Positions 30,148 through 40,652 are shown, counted from the first letter of the stretch. The stretch is 64,000 bases of DNA from Verrucomicrobiales bacterium (GCA_035550135.1 DASZQB010000120.1:8785-72784); one strand, 5' to 3'. The notes: a model not told the origin generated them from the letters alone. Numbers and translations are program-made.

Positions 30148-32256
30148 ATGAGTTTCCTCAATTCAGGTCTCTTCGCTGTGCTTGCGCCGCTGCTCGCACT
30201 GCCGCTTTTCATTCATTTCTTCAACCGCCGCTTTCCGCGCACGATTCCGTTTCCCGACATCGAGCGTCTGAAAAAGTCGCTGGCCGAGCGCTCGAAGCTC
30301 GCACGCTGGCGTCATATGATTATGACGGTGGTGCGGACATTGATCATTGCCTGCGCGCTGCTCGCGTTTCTCAAACCGGTCCTGCCAAGATTCGGTTCAG
30401 ACGCCGGCACCGCCGGGAAACAGGGCGGCCGCCGGGTGCTGCTGGTCGTTGACCGCTCGCTGAGCATGGAGCAAAACGAAGGCGGTACTCCGGCCTCGCG
30501 CAATGCGGTGATCGAAGCCGGAAAAATTCTTGCCACGCTCGGCGTCGCCGATTCCTCCAATGCAGTGCTGGCAGGCGTGCAGCCCTCGCCGCTGCTGCCG
30601 GCCTTCACGCACGCGCATGATGAAATCCGCAGCGGACTTGCTGCACTGCCCATGTCGTGGGAGCGCGCGGATATCTCCAAGGCGCTTGCCCTCGCCATTT
30701 CCATGCTCGGCTCCGATCCCTCCGGCGCGGAGATTTTTTTCCTCTCGGATTTTCAGCGCGCCAACTGGGCGGATGTCGCGTTCGATGGATTACCGAAAGG
30801 CGTCAGGCTCTTCTTTACCGATGCCGCCGGCAACGCCGAACGCCGCAACAGGGCGCTCTTGAAAGTGACGGCTGTCACCGCCGCGTCCGCCGCGCGGGAA
30901 GTAGTTAGGCTGGAAGTGCTTGCCGGGAATTACACTCCCGATGCCGCGACCCTGCCGGTGGAAGCGATCATCGATGGCCGACAGTCCGTCGCCGGTGAAA
31001 TCCGGGCCGCTGCGTGGTCCACGGGCCGGACCACGCTGGACCTCCCGGCGCTTGGCGAAGGCATTCACAGTCTGGAGGTGCGTCTGCCGGATGACGGCCT
31101 GCCTGCGGACAATCACCGCTGGCTTTGTCTCCAGGGACGCGGACGTGAGAACGTGCTGGTGCTTTGCGACGCGAACGACACGGCCTCCGGCGCGCGTTTT
31201 GTCCAAACGGCGCTGGATCCTTTTGAAACCGGCGCGGGCGCGTTCGCAGTGCAGCGGGCCACCACTGCTGCGGTGACGCCTGCGCAACTGGCCTCCGCCT
31301 CGCGGATCGTGCTCACCGGCGCGCGAGCGCTGGAGCCGGATCTGGTGGCGCGCCTGAATGGATTTCTCGAACGCGGCGGCGGCCTCGTTTACTTTTGCGA
31401 TGCCAAAAACGATCGTGAAAACCTCGCCGCGCTGGATCAGGCGGCGGGCCGTCCCTACATGCCGTTTCAACTCGCCGGGCAGCTCACGACGGAGAATTTC
31501 GGGGGCGAACCACAGCGCATCCTCCAGGGGAAATTCGAATCTCCGCTGCTGCGTCTTTTCCGCGGCACAAACCGTCAGGCGCTGGCGGTGCTGGAGTTTT
31601 ACGCCATCCAGCGGGCACTGCCCACCGGTCAGGGGGAAGTGCTCCTGACTTTCGCAGATGGAACCCCTGCCATGGGCACCGCCGTCACCGGTCTGGGCAC
31701 CGCCGTCATTTGCAATTTCGCGCCCGCGGAACTGGCCAGCAACCTCGCGAGACAGCGGCTTTTTCCTGCGTGGATGCAGGATCTGATGAAGGGGCTCTCC
31801 GCCGAGACAGCGCCTGAAGGAGGCAGAGAGACGGGTTCCCTGATGACCGCGGAAGTGTGGACCAAAGATCTGAATTCACAGTCTGTCAGCGGTCCGGACG
31901 GTCATCCGGTTGCGGTGAAGACCACGGTGGACGGCGAGCGCACCACCGCGGTCTTCACCGCCATGCAGCCGGGAATCTACGCTGTCCGCGCGGGGGGCCG
32001 CCTTGTCTGGGCCGATGCCGCCAGTGTGAGCGCAGCGGAGTCCGACCTCCGCAGCATCGACACCGCGGAGCTTTTGCGGCGCGCAGAAACGTCTCCGGTG
32101 AACGGCGCTCACGCGGTCAGCGGCGCAGATGACTACCGCGAACTCCACACCGGGCGGCCGGTCTATCATTGGTTCCTCGTGGGTGCGGCGGTACTGTTGT
32201 TAGGCGAAATGCTTCTCTTTCGTCCGTTGCAGCGCTCCTCCGGAAGGCCCGCATGA
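30148..32256 (+). CDS. BatA-domain / vWA membrane protein
   Basis: MSFLN...LPLFIHFFNRR BatA start, VDRSLSM MIDAS, LSDFQ, ESDL motif, C-terminal TM. Confidence 0.88.
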   Translation: MSFLNSGLFAVLAPLLALPLFIHFFNRRFPRTIPFPDIERLKKSLAERSKLARWRHMIMTVVRTLIIACALLAFLKPVLPRFGSDAGTAGKQGGRRVLLVVDRSLSMEQNEGGTPASRNAVIEAGKILATLGVADSSNAVLAGVQPSPLLPAFTHAHDEIRSGLAALPMSWERADISKALALAISMLGSDPSGAEIFFLSDFQRANWADVAFDGLPKGVRLFFTDAAGNAERRNRALLKVTAVTAASAAREVVRLEVLAGNYTPDAATLPVEAIIDGRQSVAGEIRAAAWSTGRTTLDLPALGEGIHSLEVRLPDDGLPADNHRWLCLQGRGRENVLVLCDANDTASGARFVQTALDPFETGAGAFAVQRATTAAVTPAQLASASRIVLTGARALEPDLVARLNGFLERGGGLVYFCDAKNDRENLAALDQAAGRPYMPFQLAGQLTTENFGGEPQRILQGKFESPLLRLFRGTNRQALAVLEFYAIQRALPTGQGEVLLTFADGTPAMGTAVTGLGTAVICNFAPAELASNLARQRLFPAWMQDLMKGLSAETAPEGGRETGSLMTAEVWTKDLNSQSVSGPDGHPVAVKTTVDGERTTAVFTAMQPGIYAVRAGGRLVWADAASVSAAESDLRSIDTAELLRRAETSPVNGAHAVSGADDYRELHTGRPVYHWFLVGAAVLLLGEMLLFRPLQRSSGRPA

Positions 32257-34457
32257 ATGTGATCGCATCCAGTTCCCGTCTCATCTGGGACCCGGCGCTG
32301 CCGGTGCCGGCCATCGTGTCGCTCGGCGCGGTGCTCGCAGTGGCCTCGTGTTTCGCCTGCCTGCGCGGCACACGATTGCAAAAGGCCCGGCGGGTCCTGC
32401 TGCTTGCGCTCCGTCTGGCGGTGATCGTGCTCATTTGCCTGCTGCTCTTTCAACCCATGATAGAGGAATCCATCCCGCAACGACACCCGCGGCGGGTCGC
32501 ACTGGTGGCGGTAGATGCTTCGCAGAGCATGCAGGAAAACGACGCGCCTGATAACATGCGGCGCATCGATGCCGCGCGAAAACTGATGCACGACAATGGC
32601 ATGGACGCCCCCTCGGCGCTTGGCGATGTCAGGGTATTTTCGTTTTCCGATACCGCGCGCCCGCTTACCGCCGACAGTCTCGCCGTGCTGCGTGCAGACG
32701 GAGAAACGACGCGCGTGCATGAGTCGCTGGCCTCTGTGCTGCGCACCGTGGCACCGGACGAGAATTGCGTGGGGCTTTTCGTTCTCAGTGACGGGCATGA
32801 TTTTGAAATGACCCCGGCAGGCAGAACGGCGCAGCTTGCCCGGGCCAGCCGCACACCTCTTTTTACCATTCCGGTCGGGAGGGCACAGACGTTTCCTGAC
32901 ATTTCTGTGCGCATGGCTTCATGGCAGCCTTACACCTTTGTGAAGCAGCGCGTGAAACTTCAGGCGATTATCCGTGCCGTTTCCACCGGCGATCGCATTG
33001 TGCGCGCTGAGCTTCTGAGAGAGGGCAAATCCATGAGCGATCAGCGCGTCACCCTTGTCCCGGATGGTGAAGTGCCCGTGAACTTCGAAGTCTCTGAGGA
33101 CACGCCCGGCCAGTACGAATATGAGATCCGCGTCACCACCCTGCCTGGTGAACGCGATACGACGAACAACAACACCTTTACCTACCTGAACGTCACGGCC
33201 TCCAAATTGCGCGTGCTCATTGCGGAGGGCGACCCCGGATGGGACACGACTTTTCTTTCCCGCGCGCTGGCCAGGAACGACCGTGTGGATCTCGACACGC
33301 TCATTTCCCTTGGCAGCGGCCCCCCGCATATCAGTCGTCCGGCAAAGGCTGAAGGAGCTTTTAAGATGCCGGAGACGGCACAGGACTTCACTGCCTATGC
33401 CCTGATTATCCTTGGCCGCAGTGTGGATCGCGTTTTCAAAGCGGAGACTCTAACAAATCTCGGCGCGGCGGTGGCCGACAGCGGCGTTACGCTGGTCATG
33501 GCACGCGGAAAGCCCTCCGATCACGCTGTCTTCAATGACATCGCTCCTGCGGAATGGCTCGATGGTTCGACCGGGCCGGTGAAACTAACCTCTCCGCACC
33601 GCCGCGGAGAGTTCCTGCCCATGGATGTGCTGGCCACTGCGCCCGGCGGTTTGGAAGCCCTTCCGCCACTGCCGCTGCTGCATCAGACCGGTGCGCCGAA
33701 GGACCTCGCGGGTGTGGAGGCCGTGGCCGGTGATGCGGACAGCAAAGGCGATACGCCCGCCATTCTGCATCGCCGCCATGGCACCGGCCAGGTGCTGTCC
33801 ATTGCTGTCGAGGGACTCTGGAAGTGGGCGCTCAACGCGAAGAGTGAACCTGCAAACAACGTCTTTGACCGGTTTTGGAACCAGCTCCTTCTCAATCTCC
33901 TTTCCCGTTCCGCTGCCATGCCCTCGGACAAACCGCAATGGACCGTTTCCACGGCCAACTTGACGGTCGGCGAAAAGGTGACCTTCGTGCTTCACCCCGC
34001 GCAGGGCAAAGAACTTCCCAAAGGCCTCCAGGCGGTCATCTATCGCGAGAATCAAAAGATCGCCGAAACACCGCTCTCCGCCGTTTCCAAAGAGAGCTCT
34101 GATCAGACTGCCTCTCTGGTCGTGGAAAAGCCAGGCCGTTATCGCGCTGTCGTGGAATGGCCCGGCGAAAAAGTCGAAGCCCGCTTTGCTGCCGTCGTCG
34201 AACAAAAGGAAGGCACCGATACCTCCCTCAACCTTCCTTATCTTCGCGCCCTCGCCGAAGCCGGCGGCGGCAGACTGCTTGATCCGTCATCGCTTTCCGG
34301 CCTCGTCGAATCACTCCAGCGCGCCGCTATCGCTGAGTCCACCGCTCCGCCGCTGCTTCGACGGCACAGCCTCTGGGATACCGCCACGGTCTTCCTGATT
34401 CTCGCGGCGCTTTTTGGCATCGAGTGGTTTCTGCGCAGAAGATGGGGGCTCACTTAG
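32253..34457 (+). CDS. vWA / glutamine-amidotransferase-like membrane protein of the MoxR cluster
   Basis: Two N-terminal TMs, VDASQSM, LSDGHD, LWKWAL...FW, C-terminal EWFLRRRWGL; ATGA overlap with the upstream gene. Confidence 0.85.
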   Translation: MNVIASSSRLIWDPALPVPAIVSLGAVLAVASCFACLRGTRLQKARRVLLLALRLAVIVLICLLLFQPMIEESIPQRHPRRVALVAVDASQSMQENDAPDNMRRIDAARKLMHDNGMDAPSALGDVRVFSFSDTARPLTADSLAVLRADGETTRVHESLASVLRTVAPDENCVGLFVLSDGHDFEMTPAGRTAQLARASRTPLFTIPVGRAQTFPDISVRMASWQPYTFVKQRVKLQAIIRAVSTGDRIVRAELLREGKSMSDQRVTLVPDGEVPVNFEVSEDTPGQYEYEIRVTTLPGERDTTNNNTFTYLNVTASKLRVLIAEGDPGWDTTFLSRALARNDRVDLDTLISLGSGPPHISRPAKAEGAFKMPETAQDFTAYALIILGRSVDRVFKAETLTNLGAAVADSGVTLVMARGKPSDHAVFNDIAPAEWLDGSTGPVKLTSPHRRGEFLPMDVLATAPGGLEALPPLPLLHQTGAPKDLAGVEAVAGDADSKGDTPAILHRRHGTGQVLSIAVEGLWKWALNAKSEPANNVFDRFWNQLLLNLLSRSAAMPSDKPQWTVSTANLTVGEKVTFVLHPAQGKELPKGLQAVIYRENQKIAETPLSAVSKESSDQTASLVVEKPGRYRAVVEWPGEKVEARFAAVVEQKEGTDTSLNLPYLRALAEAGGGRLLDPSSLSGLVESLQRAAIAESTAPPLLRRHSLWDTATVFLILAALFGIEWFLRRRWGLT

Positions 34458-35826
34458 ACTCCGGCATTTCCTTGCGTATTTTCTCCGGCAACGTGTTCGC
34501 CGCGGCCTTTGCGGCGTCCTCATTTTGCAGCAGCCACACGTCCATCACCTCCTTCAGCGAACGGACGCGTTGATCTTCATCCTGTATATTGCGCGCCCAT
34601 TCGAACGCTGCCGGCGGATCGCGATGTTTGATCACCTCCGCAAGCTTCGCCGAGGAATTGTCCCGTTCCCAGCCTTGCGGCAGCGTGGAAATCCACTCTG
34701 AGGCCGCGGCGATGTCCTTTCGCACCCAGCGGTCAAACACCAGTGGCACCGCCTCATCGCGCGGAGGTCCAGGTGGCAGGCCAAGCGCCCACTCGCGCGC
34801 AGCGGACAGGTCCTTATCTCTCAGAAATTCCGCAATGTATCGCGCCGTGCCAGCCACTTCTTTCGGATCGAAAACACTACTTTGCAGTGCTTTGAAATCG
34901 GCCAGGGCTGCCATCGGGTCCTCCTCTGATTTACGCTCGATCCGCCACGCCCTCGCAGTCGTTTGTCCCGGCCCGGAATAGGATTCCGCCCATGCAATCG
35001 CTGCGTTTTTGTCGATGCCCAGCCATTGATTTAGACCGTGACGGAGAAAGTCGCCGTTCTTCCGCGCTTCCGCCAGTTTTACCGCGACCGCCATGCCCTG
35101 CAGCGGGTTTTTCTCCACCAGCTTTGAGAGGATGTCCGTCTGCCGCTGTTCCGGGACATCGTCAGGGTATTTTTCCGCCAGCGCCAGCGCAGCCTCCGGG
35201 TCATTCTTCACTATGCCGCCCAACACCGCGTCCAGCGCCGCCCCGCGATCCTTTTTGCTGAGACCCTCCATCAGGCCTGCCGCCCGGGCGGCATCCTCTT
35301 TCACAAGCTGCGAGAACACAATCTGAACGGCTGGATCGGGGCCCTCACCGGATCTTTCGTTTATTCCCGCGATTACCGCACCCGGATTGATTTGCGAGCG
35401 CCGGAACGTCGCGATGGCTGCGCCAAAACTTGAAATCGTCCCCTCCATTTCTTTGAAAGCGGGATCCGTTAGGACCGCGATTACCTCCGCCGCAGAGTCG
35501 TCATCCAGCGTTAACAGCGCCTGTACCGCTTCCACCATGGGAATTCCCATCCAGTCGTTAGGTTCCTTCATGCCTTCGTAAAGTGAAAGCACCCACTCCT
35601 TCGCCTTGCCCTTCACAAAGGGCCGTCCGGGCACAAACGGGCGTACCGTATTCCCCGTCCCAGGCCCGTTCGCTGCCGGAGCGAATTTGCCTGCCGCCGC
35701 TATTGCCGTTGCCAGAGGTCCCGGCTTCCGGGGAGTTCCTTCCGGCCCCCGGCGCGCCGAACCCGTCAGGTATCCCACTGCGAATAGTCCAATACCGGCG
35801 GCGAGAGAAATGAATATCCGTTTCAT
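34450..35826 (-). CDS. Membrane-anchored alpha-solenoid repeat protein (same family as 2074-4233)
   Basis: MKRIFISLAAGIGLFAVGYLTG anchor; DPEAAL, AAREWALGLPPGPPRD, DPPAAFEWARNI repeats. Confidence 0.8.
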   Translation of the reverse strand: MKRIFISLAAGIGLFAVGYLTGSARRGPEGTPRKPGPLATAIAAAGKFAPAANGPGTGNTVRPFVPGRPFVKGKAKEWVLSLYEGMKEPNDWMGIPMVEAVQALLTLDDDSAAEVIAVLTDPAFKEMEGTISSFGAAIATFRRSQINPGAVIAGINERSGEGPDPAVQIVFSQLVKEDAARAAGLMEGLSKKDRGAALDAVLGGIVKNDPEAALALAEKYPDDVPEQRQTDILSKLVEKNPLQGMAVAVKLAEARKNGDFLRHGLNQWLGIDKNAAIAWAESYSGPGQTTARAWRIERKSEEDPMAALADFKALQSSVFDPKEVAGTARYIAEFLRDKDLSAAREWALGLPPGPPRDEAVPLVFDRWVRKDIAAASEWISTLPQGWERDNSSAKLAEVIKHRDPPAAFEWARNIQDEDQRVRSLKEVMDVWLLQNEDAAKAAANTLPEKIRKEMPESK

Positions 35827-35935
35827 GCGGGGAAGCCGCGAGAGTATAGCCCCTTTTTCCCTCGTGCCGACGGAAATCCACGCCCCTGAAAAACCCGTGG
35901 CAATCCCCCGTCTGTGCGGTAATCCATGCGTGCAC

Positions 35936-36391
35936 ATGCCTGCGAAAAAGAAGACCGCCCCCCCTACAGCCCCTGGCAAGGCTCCCGCCAAAAAGAAAAC
36001 CGCCGCCAAAAAAGCTCCGGCCAAAAAAACCGCGCCTGCTGCGCCGCTCGCCTTCGAAGGCGAGGTCTTTGCCCGCGCCGCTGCTGCCATGGCCGACGAC
36101 AAGAAGGCGGAAAATATCACGATTCTTGACGTGCGCGGCATTTCCATGGTCACCGATTTCCTTGTCATTTGCGATGGCTCCTCGCTCCCGCACCTGCGCG
36201 CCATACGGAATGAAGTCGCCGACCGCATGCGCGAAGACCACAAAGTGAAGCCCTATGCCACGCACGGGGTTCCCGACAGCGGCTGGATGCTTCTCGATTT
36301 CGGCGATGTTGTCGTGCACATTTTCCATTCAGAGAAGCGCGCCTTCTACGCCTTGGAAGATTTGTGGAATGACGCGCCCCGGCTGATGTAA
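35936..36391 (+). CDS. rsfS: Ribosome silencing factor with Lys/Ala-rich N-terminal extension
   Basis: DDKKAENITILDVRGIS.VTDFLVIC, WMLLDFGDVVVHIF...RAFYALEDLW. Confidence 0.93.
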   Translation: MPAKKKTAPPTAPGKAPAKKKTAAKKAPAKKTAPAAPLAFEGEVFARAAAAMADDKKAENITILDVRGISMVTDFLVICDGSSLPHLRAIRNEVADRMREDHKVKPYATHGVPDSGWMLLDFGDVVVHIFHSEKRAFYALEDLWNDAPRLM

Positions 36392-36420
36392 AGTAACGGC
36401 GCGCCGCCGCCCTGTTTCCC

Positions 36421-36924
36421 ATGCGAGTTCTCGCCATCGATCCCGCTTTGCGCAACACCGGCTGGGCCGTCGTGGAGCGCGCGGGAAAAGCGAACCGCGG
36501 TGTCGCATGGGGTGTCATCCGCAACAAACCCGGCCTGCGCCAGTCCGCGTGTCTGGTCGCCATTGCCGCCGAAATCCGCGAACTCATCCGCCTTCACCGG
36601 CCGGATACCTGCGCCATCGAGAGCACCATCTACGTGCAGAATTTCCGCACGGCCATTACGCTGGGGGCGGCCCGCGCCGCGGCCATCATGGCTCCCGCCG
36701 AAGCCGGTCTTGAAATTTGCGAATACCCGCCGCGCCGCGTCAAACAAGCCGTTGTGGGCCGGGGAGCCGCCGACAAAGCGCAGGTCGCCTTTATGGTGCG
36801 CGCCCTGCTCAAACTCACCGAAACGCCCGCCCACGACGCCGCCGACGCCCTCGCCGTCGCCATCACTCACCTCGAAAGCACGGACCCTGCCAGCCCATGG
36901 CAGCGCGAACGGGTCGTGGTGTGA
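36421..36924 (+). CDS. ruvC: Holliday junction resolvase
   Basis: VLAIDPALRNTGW, AIE, VKQAVVGRGAADKAQV, DAADALAVAITH. Confidence 0.95.
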   Translation: MRVLAIDPALRNTGWAVVERAGKANRGVAWGVIRNKPGLRQSACLVAIAAEIRELIRLHRPDTCAIESTIYVQNFRTAITLGAARAAAIMAPAEAGLEICEYPPRRVKQAVVGRGAADKAQVAFMVRALLKLTETPAHDAADALAVAITHLESTDPASPWQRERVVV

Positions 36925-36936
36925 TTCGCCTTCGAT

Positions 36937-37965
36937 TCAATTCACTGCCGCCAGAGTGTCTTCACCGCAGGCAACTTCCTCCTCCTGCCATCTCGGGTGG
37001 CTCAAATATTCCGCGGCAAGGTCTTCCAGTTCCATGATGCTTTGCATGTGGCAAAAGCGCTCCCTCAGCCTGCGTCCTGCGGGGAGCCCCTTGCTGTAGG
37101 CCATCAACCGGCTGCGCATGGCCTGAACCGTGAACTTCTCCGCTCCGTAACGGCCATGCTCCGTGGCCATGCGAATGTGGCGGAGGATAAAGTCCCAGCG
37201 TTCGCCGGCGGGAACAGGCGACGGCTGTTCACCGGTGGCCACGTAGTGCTTCGCTTCGCGAAACACCCACGGATAACTCATGGCCGCCCGCCCGATCATC
37301 AATCCGCTGACCTTCGTTTCGCGGAGGCGCTTTTCCACATCGCGCCCGTTCATGATGTCACCGTTTCCGATCACCGGAATGCCCGCGCTTTCCGCGCATT
37401 GTCCTATCACTTCCCAGTCCGCCAGTCCGCTGTAACCCTGCGCCCGCGTGCGACCGTGAATCGTCACTGCCGCGATGCCGCATTCCTCCAGCAGCCGCAC
37501 GACTTCCGGCGCATTGATGCTGTTCTGGTCCCACCCGATGCGGATTTTCGCCGTCACCGGAATCGGGACCGCCTTTGCGATGGTGGACGCTACGGCCGTC
37601 AGGGCAGGGCAGTCCCTGAGAAGGGATGAGCCTCCATTTTTCGACACCACCTTGTTCACCGGGCAGCCGAAATTCAGATCGATGAAGTCCGGCTGCTTCC
37701 AGTCGATCACCTTCTTTGCCGCCTCCGCCATGTGCTGCGGATCGGCGCCAAACAATTGCACGCCGACAGGCCGCTGGGCGTCATCGAACTCCGTGTATTT
37801 GCGCGTTCGGTCATCGCGCTGCAGGATTCCCTCCGCCGAGACAAACTCCGTCACCATGACATCCGCACCCAATTCCTTGCAGAGCCGCCGGAAGACAAAA
37901 TCCGACACGCCCGCCATGGGGGCGAGATAAATGGGAGGACGGGAACGGGCAAGCCAGGGCAGCAT
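36937..37965 (-). CDS. dusB: tRNA-dihydrouridine synthase B
   Basis: LAPMAGVSD, DLNFGCPVNKV, TIHGRTRAQGYSG, GNGDI, MIGRAA. Confidence 0.93.
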   Translation of the reverse strand: MLPWLARSRPPIYLAPMAGVSDFVFRRLCKELGADVMVTEFVSAEGILQRDDRTRKYTEFDDAQRPVGVQLFGADPQHMAEAAKKVIDWKQPDFIDLNFGCPVNKVVSKNGGSSLLRDCPALTAVASTIAKAVPIPVTAKIRIGWDQNSINAPEVVRLLEECGIAAVTIHGRTRAQGYSGLADWEVIGQCAESAGIPVIGNGDIMNGRDVEKRLRETKVSGLMIGRAAMSYPWVFREAKHYVATGEQPSPVPAGERWDFILRHIRMATEHGRYGAEKFTVQAMRSRLMAYSKGLPAGRRLRERFCHMQSIMELEDLAAEYLSHPRWQEEEVACGEDTLAAVN

Positions 37966-38049
37966 AAAAGGGGCGGCGAATGTAAAGGCGTTGCCGGAAA
38001 ATGCAAAGCTCCTCAGGGATTTGCGTTTCGCGCCGCTGAGGGCTGTCCC

Positions 38050-38538
38050 TTATTCACCGGTGGCGACGATAGAGAAGGCGACGCCCTGACCGGTGGCGGC
38101 GGGAGCGTCTTCGCCGAAACTGACGGTGAGAAGGCGGGTCTCCGCAACCCCGGCGGAAATGAGAGCTCTGCGCACGGTTTGGGCGCGAAGGTCGCTGAGC
38201 TGGCGGGAGTATTCGGGGGAAAGAGACTGAGCGCCGGAGGAGATGAGGACCCGCTCGGGATGGCCTCTGAGCCAGCGGGCGACGGAGGCGACTTTTGATT
38301 GTTCAGAGGCCGGGATTTGCCAATTGTCTCCGTCAAAGCGGATCACTGGAAAGCTGCCGGACTGGATGCGCTCGCTTCCGGGGCCGAAAAGGGAAGGGGT
38401 TTCCTGACGGATCGGCTGGGATTGCATGTCCGCCGTTTCGTCAGAGTCGCCGCCGAGGGGATTCTTGAGCATGTTGCAACCCGCCGCGAACAGAGCGGTG
38501 GCGGGAAGCAGCAGGTGATGAAGGCGGAGACGGGACAT
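38050..38538 (-). CDS. pal: OmpA/Pal-like lipoprotein
   Basis: Lipobox FAAGC; EYSRQLSDLRAQTVRRALISAGV...TVSFGED; directly downstream of the tolB-like gene. Confidence 0.75.
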   Translation of the reverse strand: MSRLRLHHLLLPATALFAAGCNMLKNPLGGDSDETADMQSQPIRQETPSLFGPGSERIQSGSFPVIRFDGDNWQIPASEQSKVASVARWLRGHPERVLISSGAQSLSPEYSRQLSDLRAQTVRRALISAGVAETRLLTVSFGEDAPAATGQGVAFSIVATGE

Positions 38539-38549
38539 GGAGGCGGTTG

Positions 38550-39692
38550 TCAACGGGACCACGCGGGTTCGGAGATTCCTCCCATGCCGGAGAGGATGCG
38601 CTCCTTTGCGCCGGTGGCGACGTTTACGACGATGAGAGAGTTGGACTGCACGGCAACCAGATGACGTCCGTCCGGCGCCCAACTGGGATGTGCGGCGTTA
38701 GCGAGGATGGTGCGGGTGCGGCCCGTTTCCATTTCATAGACCGCGATGGACTTGTCGCTGCCGCGCCATGCCGTAAAAGCGATGAGATGTCCGTCGGCGC
38801 TCCAGTCGGGGTCGGTGCATTTCACTCCACCGGTGGCCAGCCGCTCGGGCGCGCCGCCCGTGCGCGGGCAGATGTAAAGCTGCGGGACGCCGGTGGCATC
38901 TGAACAGAAGACGAGGCGTTCGCCGTCGGGCGCCCACGCAGGGGAGAACTCGACGCTGCGGGATTGGGTGAGGCGTTTGCTGCGCGCGCCCTCCCGCGTG
39001 GCGATGTAGATTTCCGGATCGCCATTGTGGGTCATGGTGAGGGCGAGACGGCTTCCATCGTGGGAAAACGCGGCGCCGCTGTTGGTGCCGGGCGTGCTGA
39101 TGATCCGCCGGCGGCTGCCGTCGCTCATCCGGGTGACATAGACGTCCGGAAAGCCGCTGACATAACTGGTGAACGCCACATAAAGGCCGCCCGGGCTGAG
39201 GCTGGGGCTCACGTTTACGCTGCGGTCCCGGGTGATCTGCTGCACACGCCCTCCATCGCTGTCGCAAACATAGATTTCCTTGGCGCCGGATTTATCACTC
39301 ACAAACGCGATGCGGCTGAGGGCGATGCCGCGTTCTCCGGTGAGAGCGTCGATGATGTCATCCGCGTACGCTTTGGCGTTGTCGAGAAGATCGGGGCCGT
39401 CGTAGTGGTTGTTGAAGAGGACGCTGCCATTGCTGGCGACGAGGGCTCCATCGATGCGGCCCGCTGACGAACTGGCGCGGACGAGCCATTGCCCGATAGA
39501 GGGGGAAATGGTGAATTTGCCGCTGCGATCGAGGTATTTGCGAACGATTTCCGATGCGGACGTGCCGGTGCCGCCCATGAATTCCTCAAAGGCAAGCCGG
39601 GGTTTGGCGTTCTGCTCGGCGCGGGCCGGTTGCCCGGTTCCGATGGCCAAAAGAACGGCGGCTAACAGACGAAGAATTCGACGCAGCGGCAT
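38550..39692 (-). CDS. tolB: TolB-like beta-propeller (PD40 repeats)
   Basis: SRIAFVSDKSGAKEIYVCDSDG, SPAWAPDG, DPDWSADG, EPAWS. Confidence 0.88.
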   Translation of the reverse strand: MPLRRILRLLAAVLLAIGTGQPARAEQNAKPRLAFEEFMGGTGTSASEIVRKYLDRSGKFTISPSIGQWLVRASSSAGRIDGALVASNGSVLFNNHYDGPDLLDNAKAYADDIIDALTGERGIALSRIAFVSDKSGAKEIYVCDSDGGRVQQITRDRSVNVSPSLSPGGLYVAFTSYVSGFPDVYVTRMSDGSRRRIISTPGTNSGAAFSHDGSRLALTMTHNGDPEIYIATREGARSKRLTQSRSVEFSPAWAPDGERLVFCSDATGVPQLYICPRTGGAPERLATGGVKCTDPDWSADGHLIAFTAWRGSDKSIAVYEMETGRTRTILANAAHPSWAPDGRHLVAVQSNSLIVVNVATGAKERILSGMGGISEPAWSR

Positions 39693-39818
39693 GGACGGAT
39701 GCTTCGACGGAATCTGTGAGGCGTCAAGGGCTGGCGGAAGTTGAAGGGCATTTGCGCAGACGACTCCGGGTTGAAGTTCGTCCGCAAGTGCCGGATTTTA
39801 GCGGCCAAGGTATCCGGT

Positions 39819-40622
39819 ATGTCTTCCATTCCCGCTCAGGCCCGGCTTCGTCAGCCGTGGCTCTTCGTCATGAACGGCCCCCTCGGGGAGCGGCTCGGCA
39901 ATCAGCTGTTTGCGCGCATCCCGGCCAGTCCGGGCGTGTACCGGTTCTTTGGCGAAAACGACCGGCTTCTTTACATCGGGCAGTCTTCGAATCTGCGTGC
40001 GCGCGTCGGCAGCTACCGGTTTGTGACTGCGGACCGCCATTCGCGCCGGACGGCCCGGCTCGTGGCAGCCATCCGGCGCGTGGAGTGGAGCCTCTGCGAA
40101 TCGGCGGACGCCGCCATCGCGCTCGAGCGGGTATTGCTGCTGGAGCACCGGCCGCCGTTCAACCGCGCCGGCGTCTGGACTCCGCCGCCGTGGTGGGTGG
40201 CTTTGAATGAAGATGGCGGATCGTTGCGGGTATGTCTTCTCCGCGGGGAACCGTCCGCTGAGGCTGTTTCCGCCGGCCCTCTGCCATTCTCCTTTCGTTA
40301 TACTTTCGCTTCGTTGATGCGCTGTCTTTATCGGTGGCACCGCCGTGATGCGGAGTGGTGGGACCTCCCGCACGGGATGGCGGGGCCGGTCATTCCGCCG
40401 GAGCAATCGGTTCCGCTGAGCGCCGAATCATTTGTTAGTGCGGCGTCGCTGGCTCAGTTCCTCACCACCGGTTGTTCGCGGTTTCTGGATACCCTGCTGG
40501 AAGCCATTCCCTTCGCAGACGATGCCTCAGCGGCGGGCGCTTTTTGGACGCCGGATGTTGAGGCGCTGCGGAAATTCTCTCAGGCTGTGAGCCCCGCAGC
40601 GGCGGATGCACCGGCAGCTTGA
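39819..40622 (+). CDS. GIY-YIG nuclease (UvrC/Cho N-terminal-like)
   Basis: PASPGVYRFFG...LLYIGQSSNLRARVGSY...E..LL..HRPPFN. Confidence 0.85.
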   Translation: MSSIPAQARLRQPWLFVMNGPLGERLGNQLFARIPASPGVYRFFGENDRLLYIGQSSNLRARVGSYRFVTADRHSRRTARLVAAIRRVEWSLCESADAAIALERVLLLEHRPPFNRAGVWTPPPWWVALNEDGGSLRVCLLRGEPSAEAVSAGPLPFSFRYTFASLMRCLYRWHRRDAEWWDLPHGMAGPVIPPEQSVPLSAESFVSAASLAQFLTTGCSRFLDTLLEAIPFADDASAAGAFWTPDVEALRKFSQAVSPAAADAPAA

Positions 40623-40652
40623 CTCATCTGAAGAGTGATCGTGCTTCACGTC

